Part shown: piece after piece, positions 34,378 through 43,052 of the stretch
Layout of the letters: each line of letters starts with the position of its first letter
Position numbering within the stretch: the stretch's first letter is position 1
Assembly: GCA_963705595.1 (NCBI GenBank)
Contig: CAVPKD010000002.1
Span: forward strand, 261,962 to 325,961
DNA: 64,000 nt
Reading direction: 5' to 3'
Source: Nitrospirota bacterium
GTDB lineage: Bacteria > Nitrospirota > UBA9217
Notes under the pieces: generated by a model
Told to the model about the DNA's origin: nothing
Database searches by the model: none
The model's input: only the letters and a program-made list of their open reading frames with translations
Translations under genes and position numbers: made by a program

Positions 34378-34436
34378 ATATCGTCCTGACGGTATTCAAC
34401 CCACGCAATTTTGCACGTATGATCTTCAACCGACCG

Positions 34437-36746
34437 TCACGTCCTCTCCATCAGTTTCCTGCACGCCATCCTTATCTTTTCGCTGTTCAGACGTTCTCCG
34501 ATCTTTAGAAGATTGCCGATGCTCTCCCGCGGATATCTTCCAAGAGATTCGAAAAGAAGTTCCTTCATGCGCATTAGCCCCTGAGGATAGAGCGACCATG
34601 ACGCACGCGCTAGCTTCTCCAAGTCGGGAATTGCATGGACATCACCGATCTCGCCAAGCGCCGAGATGATCTCTTCATTTACGGTATAGTCCGATTCGAA
34701 GAGGATGACTCGTTTAAGACGGGAGAGAACATCTTCGGTAACCTCGTGTACGCGGTATTGTGCTGCCAAGGCGACGGCCTGTGAAGCGACATCTGGGTCC
34801 TTTGAATGAATCGTGTCACGCAGCAGTTTCACCGATTCGGGATCCTTGAAATGCAGGAGCGTGCCCAATGCCTCCATTCTGACCTTCAAATCCTGATGCT
34901 TGACCAACTGCTTGACATGGGGAATTGATGTCTGATTGCCCGCCCGCCGGATGAGGATGAGGAGATTTCTAACGTAGTACGGCCTCGAGTCACGCAGTCT
35001 CTTGTATGCCTCGCGCACGGCTCTGTCACCAAAGGCACAGAGCAGATTGAATACTAGCCGCCTCCCCCCCACCGATGCGTCCCTACTGAATATATCTAGG
35101 AGGCCGGGCACGGTATCTGCACCCATGGCCTGAATCAAACCTGCCGCCTCCTGCCCCTTGTCCTTCATCCATTTGTCGAACGCCTTCAAGACCTTAAGTC
35201 TGAATTCGTTGTCAGCGAATATTTTCCGCGATTCCTCGGCAAGGGTACGGATGCCCTTGACAGGTTTTTCCGTTGTATGGCGCCGGAGCGTTTCCGAGAT
35301 ATCCCAGAGGAGCTCGAAATTGCCGGTTTCGAGAAACCCGGGCATAATCGTAATAAGCTTCTGGGCAAATTCTTTATAGTCCTCCTCTTCAATATTTTCC
35401 TCCATGAAGGCAAGGAGTGCTCGGCCTATCTGGAAATCGAGGCGGGCATCCTCCAGTGACTTCTTATGATCCTCCAGGGGGAAATGGCTCCTCGCAACGG
35501 CAGTGCCGGCTGACATCTGTCTGAGCATTGCATCATAGTCTTTAGATACATAATCTTCGTACTTTTCACGGTCAAAGAGCCTCTGCATGTGTTCGGGAAG
35601 AATGATCGGCGCATGCAGGCTGTCCTCCGCCTTCTTCGATCCGTCGCTCTGCGCCCGGGCGGTCGCCGCGCTCTGTGCCTGCGACTGCGCTTTGCTCAGC
35701 TTGCCCACAAGCCCCGCTAAGGTCGGCGAGATTTCTCTCCCCTCGCTGCTCGCTTGTGCGATCATCTCGATGACCATATCGTCGGTAAAGCCACCGATGA
35801 TCTCCTCTGCGGCAGACGGCGAGCTCGACGCTATGCGCTGAACCGCGATGGACAGGAACTGTTTCCTGAGCTCGGGGTGGAGGTCCTTTAAGAGAACATT
35901 GAGGCTCGCAAGGGTCTGGGATTGTTCATGCGTAAGTTGTTTTTTCTCAGCGGCCCCGCGGATGTGCGTTGTGATGATGTGGTCATAGCTCTCCATCGCC
36001 ACATTCGCATCCAGCTTGCGTTCGTTGAGAAGGCGCGCGAGCTCCGCAGGGTCTATCTGTCCTACGTCCTTCAGGGAGACACCCTGCCCTTGAGGTCCGG
36101 CAAGCTTGCCTTCCGTGAGGTGAGACACAAAGTCCTGCCACACGCCCGCGCTCGTCTTGTCTCCGGCTCCTCCCTTACCGCCCTTCTTCTCTCCTCTTTC
36201 TGCCTTTGTCTGCTGATGAAAGATCTCCTGCTCCTCGGTAAGATGGAAACTTCCGTAGTCGATGGGTTGGATCCTGATATGCGGGATGGAAAGATTGGAC
36301 ATGACTTTTTCAATGCCACCCAAAGCCCTGATATCGTCCGGTTTGGTCGTGAGAACGCGATGGAACCGCACCATCTCGTCCTTGTCCAGACCATGGATAA
36401 AGGTGACCGCTGCTATGCCTTGCTGGTGCATGGAAAGCGCGAAGTCACGGAACACCGGGTTCTTTTGATCAAGATAGTCCTGGCCGACAAGCAGGGTGTC
36501 CTTTGCCACACCGAGCGTCATCTCCGGCCGGATCTCGAACAATCGCCGCAGGATCTCATACGCACGGTCTATGCTTCGGGTTATCTGGATATGACCGGGA
36601 GGGTAAATGCCGACATTCTTGCGTGAGATGTTGAGTTCGATGACGGCTTCCGACAGGAGCTTGGTATCGATAGGAAGCTCCCGCTCGGCAGGCGCTTGGG
36701 GCGCGATATGAGGACCTTGTTTGTCTTTGTCCTTGCCTTCTGCCAT
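34437..36746 (-). CDS. Large HEAT/ARM-repeat protein. Its N-terminal roughly 150 aa are paralogous to the N-domain of the adjacent HD-GYP protein.
   Basis: Intact about 770 aa from MAEGKDKDKQ. C-terminal HEAT-like repeats (…LLILIRRAGNQTSIPHVKQLVKHQDLKVRMEALGTLLHFKDPESVKLL…). The N-domain aligns with the HD-GYP N-domain: ISRKNVGIYPPGHIQI / ITNTSLYSPTHPRVAQ, and RPEMTLGVAKDTLLV / KPELTIFLIGNDLVA. Confidence 0.6.
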   Translation of the reverse strand: MAEGKDKDKQGPHIAPQAPAERELPIDTKLLSEAVIELNISRKNVGIYPPGHIQITRSIDRAYEILRRLFEIRPEMTLGVAKDTLLVGQDYLDQKNPVFRDFALSMHQQGIAAVTFIHGLDKDEMVRFHRVLTTKPDDIRALGGIEKVMSNLSIPHIRIQPIDYGSFHLTEEQEIFHQQTKAERGEKKGGKGGAGDKTSAGVWQDFVSHLTEGKLAGPQGQGVSLKDVGQIDPAELARLLNERKLDANVAMESYDHIITTHIRGAAEKKQLTHEQSQTLASLNVLLKDLHPELRKQFLSIAVQRIASSSPSAAEEIIGGFTDDMVIEMIAQASSEGREISPTLAGLVGKLSKAQSQAQSAATARAQSDGSKKAEDSLHAPIILPEHMQRLFDREKYEDYVSKDYDAMLRQMSAGTAVARSHFPLEDHKKSLEDARLDFQIGRALLAFMEENIEEEDYKEFAQKLITIMPGFLETGNFELLWDISETLRRHTTEKPVKGIRTLAEESRKIFADNEFRLKVLKAFDKWMKDKGQEAAGLIQAMGADTVPGLLDIFSRDASVGGRRLVFNLLCAFGDRAVREAYKRLRDSRPYYVRNLLILIRRAGNQTSIPHVKQLVKHQDLKVRMEALGTLLHFKDPESVKLLRDTIHSKDPDVASQAVALAAQYRVHEVTEDVLSRLKRVILFESDYTVNEEIISALGEIGDVHAIPDLEKLARASWSLYPQGLMRMKELLFESLGRYPRESIGNLLKIGERLNSEKIRMACRKLMERT

Positions 36747-36900
36747 AATCGTATTATATACAATTTTCTTGAATTTTCCACGATAATAGTGCAGATAAAA
36801 TCTATTAATAAACCGGATTTCGTTAAAGATAATACGGTTCTTCCGGTAGCAAATTAAGGCACCGTTCACCGGGTACGTTCCATGGTTGATGTCCGGAATA

Positions 36901-36953
36901 TGCTATAATTAAGCAGAAATAAGACATCAACAGGCACCGCGCAATTATATTGC
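36901..36953 (+). promoter_or_regulatory. Candidate hyd promoter (extended -10 TGcTATAAT at 36901..36909) with a 15-bp inverted repeat CGCAAT-tat-ATTGCG (36939..36953) in the leader.
   Basis: Read directly. TGnTATAAT sits 60 nt upstream of the hydB ATG. The perfect 6-3-6 palindrome lies between it and the RBS. Confidence 0.35.
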
Positions 36954-36969
36954 GAGATGATACATCACT

Positions 36970-38015
36970 ATGATCTTCAGGGTGTTCGACAAAGAGGAAC
37001 TAAAGAAATTTTTCGACACGCTGGCGGCCAATAATACGGTCGTCGGGCCCGTTGAAACAGGAATCGACAGGAACGGTAGACCTCTGTATGCCTTTGAACA
37101 GGTCTCTGATTTTCAGAAGATCAGGTTACACTATACCACGACCAAGCTGCCTGCAAAGCGGTATTTCCTCCCTTTCAGGGAAACCCTGGCCTCATTCCGA
37201 ATAGACGATGGCGACTGGCACAAGACCGTGGACTTCAACATTGACCGTCCTTATGTCTTCTTCGGACTCCACGCGTGCGACATCAACGCCCTGAATAAGC
37301 TCGACAAGGTCCTCATGGGCAACATTTATCCCATGCCTTACTATGCCGCCAAGCGTAAAAACATGTTCATCATCGGTATCGATTGTCTGCCCCAGCCGTT
37401 CTGCTTCTGCCGCTCCATGGGTTCTGATACGGCGCTTCACGGATTCGATCTGTTCATTACCGACATCGGCGACAGGTATTTCATCGAAATCCTTTCAGCG
37501 ACAGCATACAATCTTCTCCAGACCGTCACAACCCGCGCTCCAGAAGAAGACGACCACCTGCGTTACATGAAGGTCGTGGCAGAAAAGAACAAGAAGTTCA
37601 CCGCGCACGTGGATACGACGGACCTCACCAAGATCCTGGACATGGAATTCCAGTCGCCCCGGTCTGGAAACAGTGGGGCGATAAGTGCCTGGGCTGCGGA
37701 ACGTGCGCCAATGTCTGCCCCACCTGCTACTGCTACGGCGTTGAGGAGACGGTGGACCTCGATCTTCGGGGAGCGCGAAAAATCAAAACCCTCTACTCCT
37801 GCAACGTCGTGGATTTTGCCGAGGTGGCTGGCGGCCACAATTTCAGGCCCGAACGGCATATCCGCCTCAAATACCGCTACTACCACAAGCATCGTGGATT
37901 TGTCGAAGCGTACGAGGAATCGCTCTGCGTCGGGTGCGGCCGCTGCGGTGAGGCCTGTCTTGCCGGGATCACTGTCCCCGAGGTGATCGCAAACGTCCGA
38001 GGAGAGGAGGCCTGA
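36970..38015 (+). CDS. hydB: Sulfhydrogenase (group 3b NiFe-hydrogenase) beta subunit, 4Fe-4S. One indel near 37660.
   Basis: ORF 36970.. carries the HydB N-terminal region. After the frameshift, [25 protein letters not shown]...[11 protein letters not shown] (ORF 37752..38015). Confidence 0.8.
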
Positions 38016-38016
38016 T

Positions 38017-38927
38017 CTGGATACACAGCTGAAATTCATAGACGTCCTGCGGCAACGCCACGGGAGGCACTTCAGGCAACAGGACCTCGGCAAATTTGAA
38101 TACTCGTACAAGGCCGAGATCACCAGCATAGTACGGCTCACAAAAATGGAAAGCCTCTACCGGATCCGGATCATCGATCATGAGGAACGAAAACATTTCT
38201 CCTTCCAGCCAGGCCAGTTCGTCATGCTTGAGGTTCCCGGGCATCGGTGAGGCCCCCTTCTCTATCGCTTCCTCCCCAAGCAGCCGCGATGACATCGAAC
38301 TCTGCATCAGGAAGGTCGGGAACCTCACCTCGTTCCTGGCAAGAGCGACCCGCGGAATGCGCGTCGGTATCCGCGGACCCTTCGGGACCAGCTTCCCCAT
38401 GGAGACCATGCACGGCCAGAACATCCTTCTGATCGCGGGAGGACTAGGACTGGCGCCCTTGCGGTCTCCGATCGCCTATGTGCAGGAGAACCGGAGCACG
38501 TTCCATAATGTGGACATCATCTACGGAGCAAAGTCGGCCTCTCAGCTTCTCTTTACGTTCCAGTACGACATGTGGCGAAGGGACGATATCGGCTTGAGCA
38601 TCATCGTAGAAAGGTCCGATCCTTCATGGAAAGGACCGGTGGGAATGATAACCGACGTCCTCGACCCCCTGCTCTCCGAGCGAGGAGAGTCTTTTGCCAG
38701 GAATACCTTTGCAATCGTGTGCGGCCCGCCGGTCATGTTCAAGTTCATCTGCAACCATGCTGACCGAGATCGGCATTCCCATGCAGAAGATGTTCGTCTC
38801 CCTAGAGCGCCGCATGCACTGCGGCATGGGCAAGTGCTGCCGCTGCAACGTAGGCTCGACTTATACCTGCCTCTCGGGGCCCGTATTCGACTACTGGACC
38901 GTGATGAACCTGAAAGAGGCAATCTGA
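38017..38927 (+). CDS. hydG: Sulfhydrogenase gamma subunit (FAD/NAD(P)-binding, 2Fe-2S). Indels near 38240 and 38760. The start codon is unclear.
   Basis: …[27 protein letters not shown]…[27 protein letters not shown]…[14 protein letters not shown]…GIRGPFG…[15 protein letters not shown]… and C-terminal …[17 protein letters not shown]. Confidence 0.75.
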
Positions 38928-39742
38928 TGGATGACAAGCATACAGAGACCCGGACCTATCTCGGCGTGCCACTTGCCCGTCCGAGCGTCGCGTTCTTTGA
39001 GCTCTCGTCGTGCGAAGGCTGCCAGCTTCAGATCGTGAACAACGAGTCCACGCTCATGGACTTCCTCTCCCTTGTCAACGTGGTGAACTTCCGGGAGGCC
39101 ATGACCGAAAAGACCGATCACTATGACATCGCCTTCGTGGAAGGGAGCGTTACCCGCGCCGACGAGATCGAGCGGCTCAGATCGATCCGGCAGAACGCCA
39201 ATGTCCTCGTGGCCTTCGGCTCCTGCGCGTGTTTTGGCGGCGTGAACCAGCTGAAGAACCGCTTCAAGGATCCCGACTGGGTACGAAGGCAGGTCTACGG
39301 GAACCACCCGATCGATACCAATGAGACCGCCAGGCCGCTCGAGGATTTTGTCAAAGTCGATCTCAGGATCTACGGTTGTCCGGTGAAAAAGGAGGAGGTC
39401 GAGAAGATCGTCACTCATATCGCTGTCGGGAGAACCATCGTACAGCCGAAGTACCCTGTCTGCATGGAATGCAAGGCGAACGAAAATATCTGCCTCTTCG
39501 ATGTCGGAGAGCCCTGCCTGGGGCCGGTCACCCGCGGAGGTTGTGATTCCTGGTGCCCGAACAACCGGTTCGGCTGTTGGGGCTGCCGGGGGCCGGCCGA
39601 TGACGCCAATGTAGGTCAGATGCAGACCATCATGAAAGAGCATGGTTTTTCCGAAGAGACCATACTTGACCGGTTTGAATGTTTCGGCGGGTTCGCGACA
39701 TACGCGGAAGAACTGCGGAAGAACCTCGAAGCAAAAGAATAA
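38927..39742 (+). CDS. hydD: Sulfhydrogenase delta (small) subunit.
   Basis: Intact 271 aa. FELSSCEGCQLQIVN…GSCACFGG…GCP… (NuoB/HycG-like small-subunit Cys ligands). Confidence 0.85.
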   Translation: MDDKHTETRTYLGVPLARPSVAFFELSSCEGCQLQIVNNESTLMDFLSLVNVVNFREAMTEKTDHYDIAFVEGSVTRADEIERLRSIRQNANVLVAFGSCACFGGVNQLKNRFKDPDWVRRQVYGNHPIDTNETARPLEDFVKVDLRIYGCPVKKEEVEKIVTHIAVGRTIVQPKYPVCMECKANENICLFDVGEPCLGPVTRGGCDSWCPNNRFGCWGCRGPADDANVGQMQTIMKEHGFSEETILDRFECFGGFATYAEELRKNLEAKE

Positions 39743-39855
39743 AACATATCTCTCGCAGAGACGCAGAGGACGCTAAGAAAAAAGATCTTAGATTAAAAAA
39801 TCTAGGTTCAGAGCATCACGAGCTTTGCGTCTTTGCGCGAAACCAAAGAGAAAAC

Positions 39856-41130
39856 ATGAAATCAACACGTACCATCGATATACATCATATAACAAGAGTT
39901 GAAGGCCACGGAAACATCAAGATAACTATACAGGACGGACAACTCACGGAGGCCCGGTGGGAAGTGGTTGAAACCCCGCGCTTCTTCGAGGCGATGCTCG
40001 TTGGGAAAAAATGGGAGAACGCACCCTGGATCAGCGGCAGGATATGCGGTATTTGCTCCATCGGGCATACTCTCGCGAGCATTCGCGCGGTAGAGAACGC
40101 CTTCGGTATCGTTCCGAGCGAACAGACCCGGAAACTGCGACTGCTCCTCAAGCACATGGAAACCCTCCAGAGCCATATCCTCCATCTGTATTTTCTCTCG
40201 GCTCCCGACTTTCTGAACACCGGGAGCATCTTTCCCCTCATCGAGTCGCATCCGGACGTGGTCCTGCGGGCCGCGAGGATCAAACAGCTCGCAAACGACC
40301 TCTGCGACTGTGTTGGCGGACGCCGTATACATCCAACGCGGACGGTCGTCGGCGGTTTCACCATGTTGCCCGATAAAAAGGAACTGGTGAAGTTCAAGAT
40401 CCGATTGCAGGAAGTCATGAACGATCTCTGGAAGACGGCGGAACTGTTCCGGACATTCGCCATCCCCGATTTTGCGAGGGAGACCGAGTTCGTTTCACTC
40501 AAGGGAGACGGAAGCTATCCGTTCATCGGCGGCGACCTCGTCTCGACCGACGGCGTGACGAGAAAAGAGCATGATTACAAACTCATGACAAACGAGTATC
40601 TGGTGGAACAATCGACCTCAAAGTGGAGCCGCCTCTCCCGGGAATCGTTCGCCGTGGGCGCCCTTGCCCGCATCAACAATAATTTTTATTTTCTGCATCC
40701 CGCGGCAAAAGAGATTTTACTGAGTTATGGGCTCAGACCCGTATGCCACAACCCTTATATGAACAATATCGCCCAGCTGGTGGAATGCGTGCATGTTGTC
40801 GCCGAGTCCATGGGTTTCATCGACGAGCTTCTTGGGATGGTCTGGAAAGAACCCCGCCAGGCGGCGATTCCCCGAAGCGGCATCGGAGTAGGCGCCGTGG
40901 AAGTGCCACGGGGCATTCTGTACCACAGTTACGGGTTCGACGGGAACGGCAAGATCATCCAATGCGACTGCGTGATCCCCACGAGCCAGAACCACGCCAA
41001 TATCCAGCACGACCTCTGGACGCTTGCGGCGAAGTGCGCATCACAGGGGAAACCGGACCGTGAAATCGAACTCCTTGCCCAGATGCTGGTCCGGTCATAC
41101 GACCCGTGCATCTCCTGCTCGGTCCACTGA
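39856..41130 (+). CDS. hydA: NiFe-hydrogenase large (alpha) subunit, group 3b.
   Basis: Intact 424 aa. N-terminal Ni-binding RICGICSIGH and C-terminal DPCISCSVH, followed immediately by the stop. Confidence 0.9.
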   Translation: MKSTRTIDIHHITRVEGHGNIKITIQDGQLTEARWEVVETPRFFEAMLVGKKWENAPWISGRICGICSIGHTLASIRAVENAFGIVPSEQTRKLRLLLKHMETLQSHILHLYFLSAPDFLNTGSIFPLIESHPDVVLRAARIKQLANDLCDCVGGRRIHPTRTVVGGFTMLPDKKELVKFKIRLQEVMNDLWKTAELFRTFAIPDFARETEFVSLKGDGSYPFIGGDLVSTDGVTRKEHDYKLMTNEYLVEQSTSKWSRLSRESFAVGALARINNNFYFLHPAAKEILLSYGLRPVCHNPYMNNIAQLVECVHVVAESMGFIDELLGMVWKEPRQAAIPRSGIGVGAVEVPRGILYHSYGFDGNGKIIQCDCVIPTSQNHANIQHDLWTLAAKCASQGKPDREIELLAQMLVRSYDPCISCSVH

Positions 41131-41517
41131 TCGGAGCTCGGTGAATTACGGCTATGGTTCTTCGGACCATTTGCGGTTCAATCGGAGGATCAACAGGAGC
41201 AGGAGGAAGATAAGCGGTATCCACACGAAGGGATTGTATGGCTGACTCTCTCCGGTCATGGCAGTTACGCACCGGGACACAGTAACCGTTTGCTCGGTCT
41301 CAGGAGCTTCACTCGTGCTAGGTATCGCCGTTCATGCCGGCACACTAGCAAGCGCTTGTGGTTTATGCTGCTTCGTTTTCCTGGCGATCCAGATCGGCTC
41401 CCCGTCCTTGTCGTGGAGATGATACTCATTATACTAAAGATCCCATTCTTCACACCGTTTCAAATATTTGTGTCCTCCACATCCGTCTGTCTTTCCCGTG
41501 TCAGAAAAGACGGTCGC

Positions 41518-41943
41518 GGGGCAAATCAGAATAACAAGAATGACAGGCAGTTTTTTGATGCGGCGCGTGCATCGCACTGCAGATATACTATCAATCCGAT
41601 GGATGCTCATCAACAGCCCGTCTTTTTTCTTGACAACACCGGTTCGTGATGTTACATTATTTTTCGACTCACAATATATTATATAGGTTGTGCATTGCGG
41701 GGCTGTAGCTCAGCTGGGAGAGCACAAGGCGGGGCAAATCAGAATAACAAGAATGACAGGCAGTTTTTTGATGCGGCGCGTGCATCGCACTGCAGATATA
41801 CTATCAATCCGATGGATGCTCATCAACAGCCCGTCTTTTTTCTTGACAACACCGGTTCGTGATGTTACATTATTTTTCGACTCACAATATATTATATAGG
41901 TTGTGCATTGCGGGGCTGTAGCTCAGCTGGGAGAGCACAAGGC
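41518..41943 (+). repeat. Perfect tandem direct repeat, 2 x 213 bp. Each unit is the tRNA-Ala upstream/promoter region (about 181 bp) plus tRNA positions 1-32. The second unit is part of the functional tRNA.
   Basis: Unit A 41518..41730 and unit B 41731..41943 are identical by eye. The called ORFs 41468..41686 and 41690..41899 give identical peptides from the two units. Confidence 0.85.
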
Positions 41944-41987
41944 TGGCAGTCTTGGGGTCAGGGGTTCGATCCCCCTCAGCTCCACCA
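41912..41987 (+). tRNA. tRNA-Ala (anticodon GGC).
   Basis: GGGGCTGTAGCTCAGCTGGGAGAGCACAAGGCTGGCAGTCTTGGGGTCAGGGGTTCGATCCCCCTCAGCTCCACCA. It has a 7-bp acceptor stem with G3:U70, D-loop AGCTGGGA, anticodon loop CTGGCAG, T-loop TTCGATC and an encoded CCA. Confidence 0.9.
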
Positions 41988-41996
41988 AAATATTGA

Positions 41997-42031
41997 GGGG
42001 TTAGCTTAAAACAGCTAACCCTTCTTCATTT
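41997..42031 (+). terminator. Intrinsic terminator of tRNA-Ala (GGGGTTAGC-ttaaaaca-GCTAACCC + U-rich tract).
   Basis: A perfect 8-9-bp GC stem followed by ttcttcattt. Homologous hairpins follow repeat copies 2 and 3. Confidence 0.6.
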
Positions 42032-42310
42032 GAATGTGCTAAATTTGTGCTAATTCTGTCCAAGACCTCCACACCACTCCGCAAACTGTCAGGGCAATGA
42101 TGCGAATACCACGGCGTCATTTCGAGCGCAGAGATAAACCCTAGCTGAGATTCCTCGCTAATTACTACACAGGCGTTTCCAGTTGATCGCTGATCGACGA
42201 CAGCCGTCTGCCACTATGCCCGTTCTCTGTTGACAGTCATGAACCTTTCGGATACACTTTTGCCAGACAGTTCAGACACTGTGCCTCGCACATGCCATGG
42301 AGGATGCACC

Positions 42311-42508
42311 ATGAACGGGAAAATCATCGGTATCGTTATACTCGCTGCGGGAATCGTATTGCTAATCTTGGGATTCAATGAAATTGGGACATTCGGCTCC
42401 CGTGCGGGCAGGATGCTCGGTGCGGGCGTATCGAATAAGGTTCTGTTCTACTTCAGTGCAGGGGCCATATGCACAATCTTCGGCTTCATACAGATGCGGA
42501 AAAAATAA
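42311..42508 (+). CDS. Small two-TM membrane protein (DUF3185-like).
   Basis: MNGKIIGIVILAAGIVLLILGFNEIGTFGSRAGRMLGAGVSNKVLFYFSAGAICTIFGFIQMRKK. Confidence 0.4.
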   Translation: MNGKIIGIVILAAGIVLLILGFNEIGTFGSRAGRMLGAGVSNKVLFYFSAGAICTIFGFIQMRKK

Positions 42509-42876
42509 CCCTTGCCTCAGATGCGAACATTTATCGATGATGACTGTCAAGAATTGTAAAGTAGACAGTCATTAACAAACAGCTAGAGGGATTACATCCC
42601 CTCCTCTAGGCAATTCATACCGAACAAAGTCAACCGGTTATGATTGAAATAACTCTTTAATAAAACGGAGCTGCCGAGCGATAAGTACGACTTTAGGAAA
42701 TAGCTAAGATAGAAATGGATGGACTATTAGGTTTTGTATTGTGCAGTTCGTGTGTCAGTAGAGATCGGGAAAGGACGATAAAGGACGGAATCCCCTTCCC
42801 TGCAATAATCCGATAACCTCAAGATAAAGCAAGAAAAGGAAGAGGCGGGGAATGTATGCGGGGTAATCGGTTGCAT

Positions 42877-42921
42877 CTGGCAGTCTTGGGGTCAGGGGTT
42901 CGATCCCCCTCAGCTCCACCA
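42877..42921 (+). repeat. tRNA-Ala 3'-half copy 2 (positions 32-76, 45/45 identical). An att-type direct repeat.
   Basis: ctggcagtcttggggtcaggggttcgatccccctcagctccacca. Confidence 0.85.
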
Positions 42922-42931
42922 AGAATTCAAA

Positions 42932-42962
42932 GGGTTAGTCTAAATGACTAGCCCTTTTTTGT
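42932..42962 (+). terminator. Terminator hairpin homologous to the tRNA-Ala terminator (GGGTTAGTC-taaat-GACTAGCCC + T6).
   Basis: Read directly. It carries stem substitutions relative to 41997..42031. Confidence 0.5.
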
Positions 42963-43052
42963 TGGAATGTGATAAGGGTGTGATAATTCTATCCAGGATC
43001 TCGACATCCATCCGCAAATTGTCAGGACCATGATGCGAATACCGTATATATT

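Larger units (their letters stand above)
41988..42876 (+). mobile_element. Island 1. A roughly 0.9-kb remnant between the intact tRNA-Ala and tRNA 3'-half copy 2. One small membrane-protein gene, no integrase.
   Basis: Bounded by the tRNA 3' end and direct repeat 42877..42921. Its left arm is homologous to the left arms of islands 2 and 3. Confidence 0.45.

Noticed and set aside
36850-36960. A sigma-54 promoter (GGCAC…TTGC) upstream of hydB.
   Set aside because: GGCAC occurs twice, but no TTGC/TGCA element sits at the required 10-nt spacing from the GG. The extended -10 sigma70-type element is a better fit.
41131-41245. A C-terminal extension of the hydrogenase large subunit hidden in another frame after DPCISCSVH.
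   Set aside because: The +1 frame stops after 5 codons. The +2 frame gives an Arg/Ser-rich 39-aa peptide unlike known cleavable extensions. There is no support for an extension.
41468-41899. Two nearly identical 69-72-aa ORFs (…GQIRITRMTGSFLMRRVHRTADILSIRWMLINSPSFFL…) called on the plus strand.
   Set aside because: They are translations of the two identical 213-bp units of the non-coding tRNA promoter/5'-half tandem repeat. They have no start or RBS context. The identity of the peptides simply reflects the DNA duplication.
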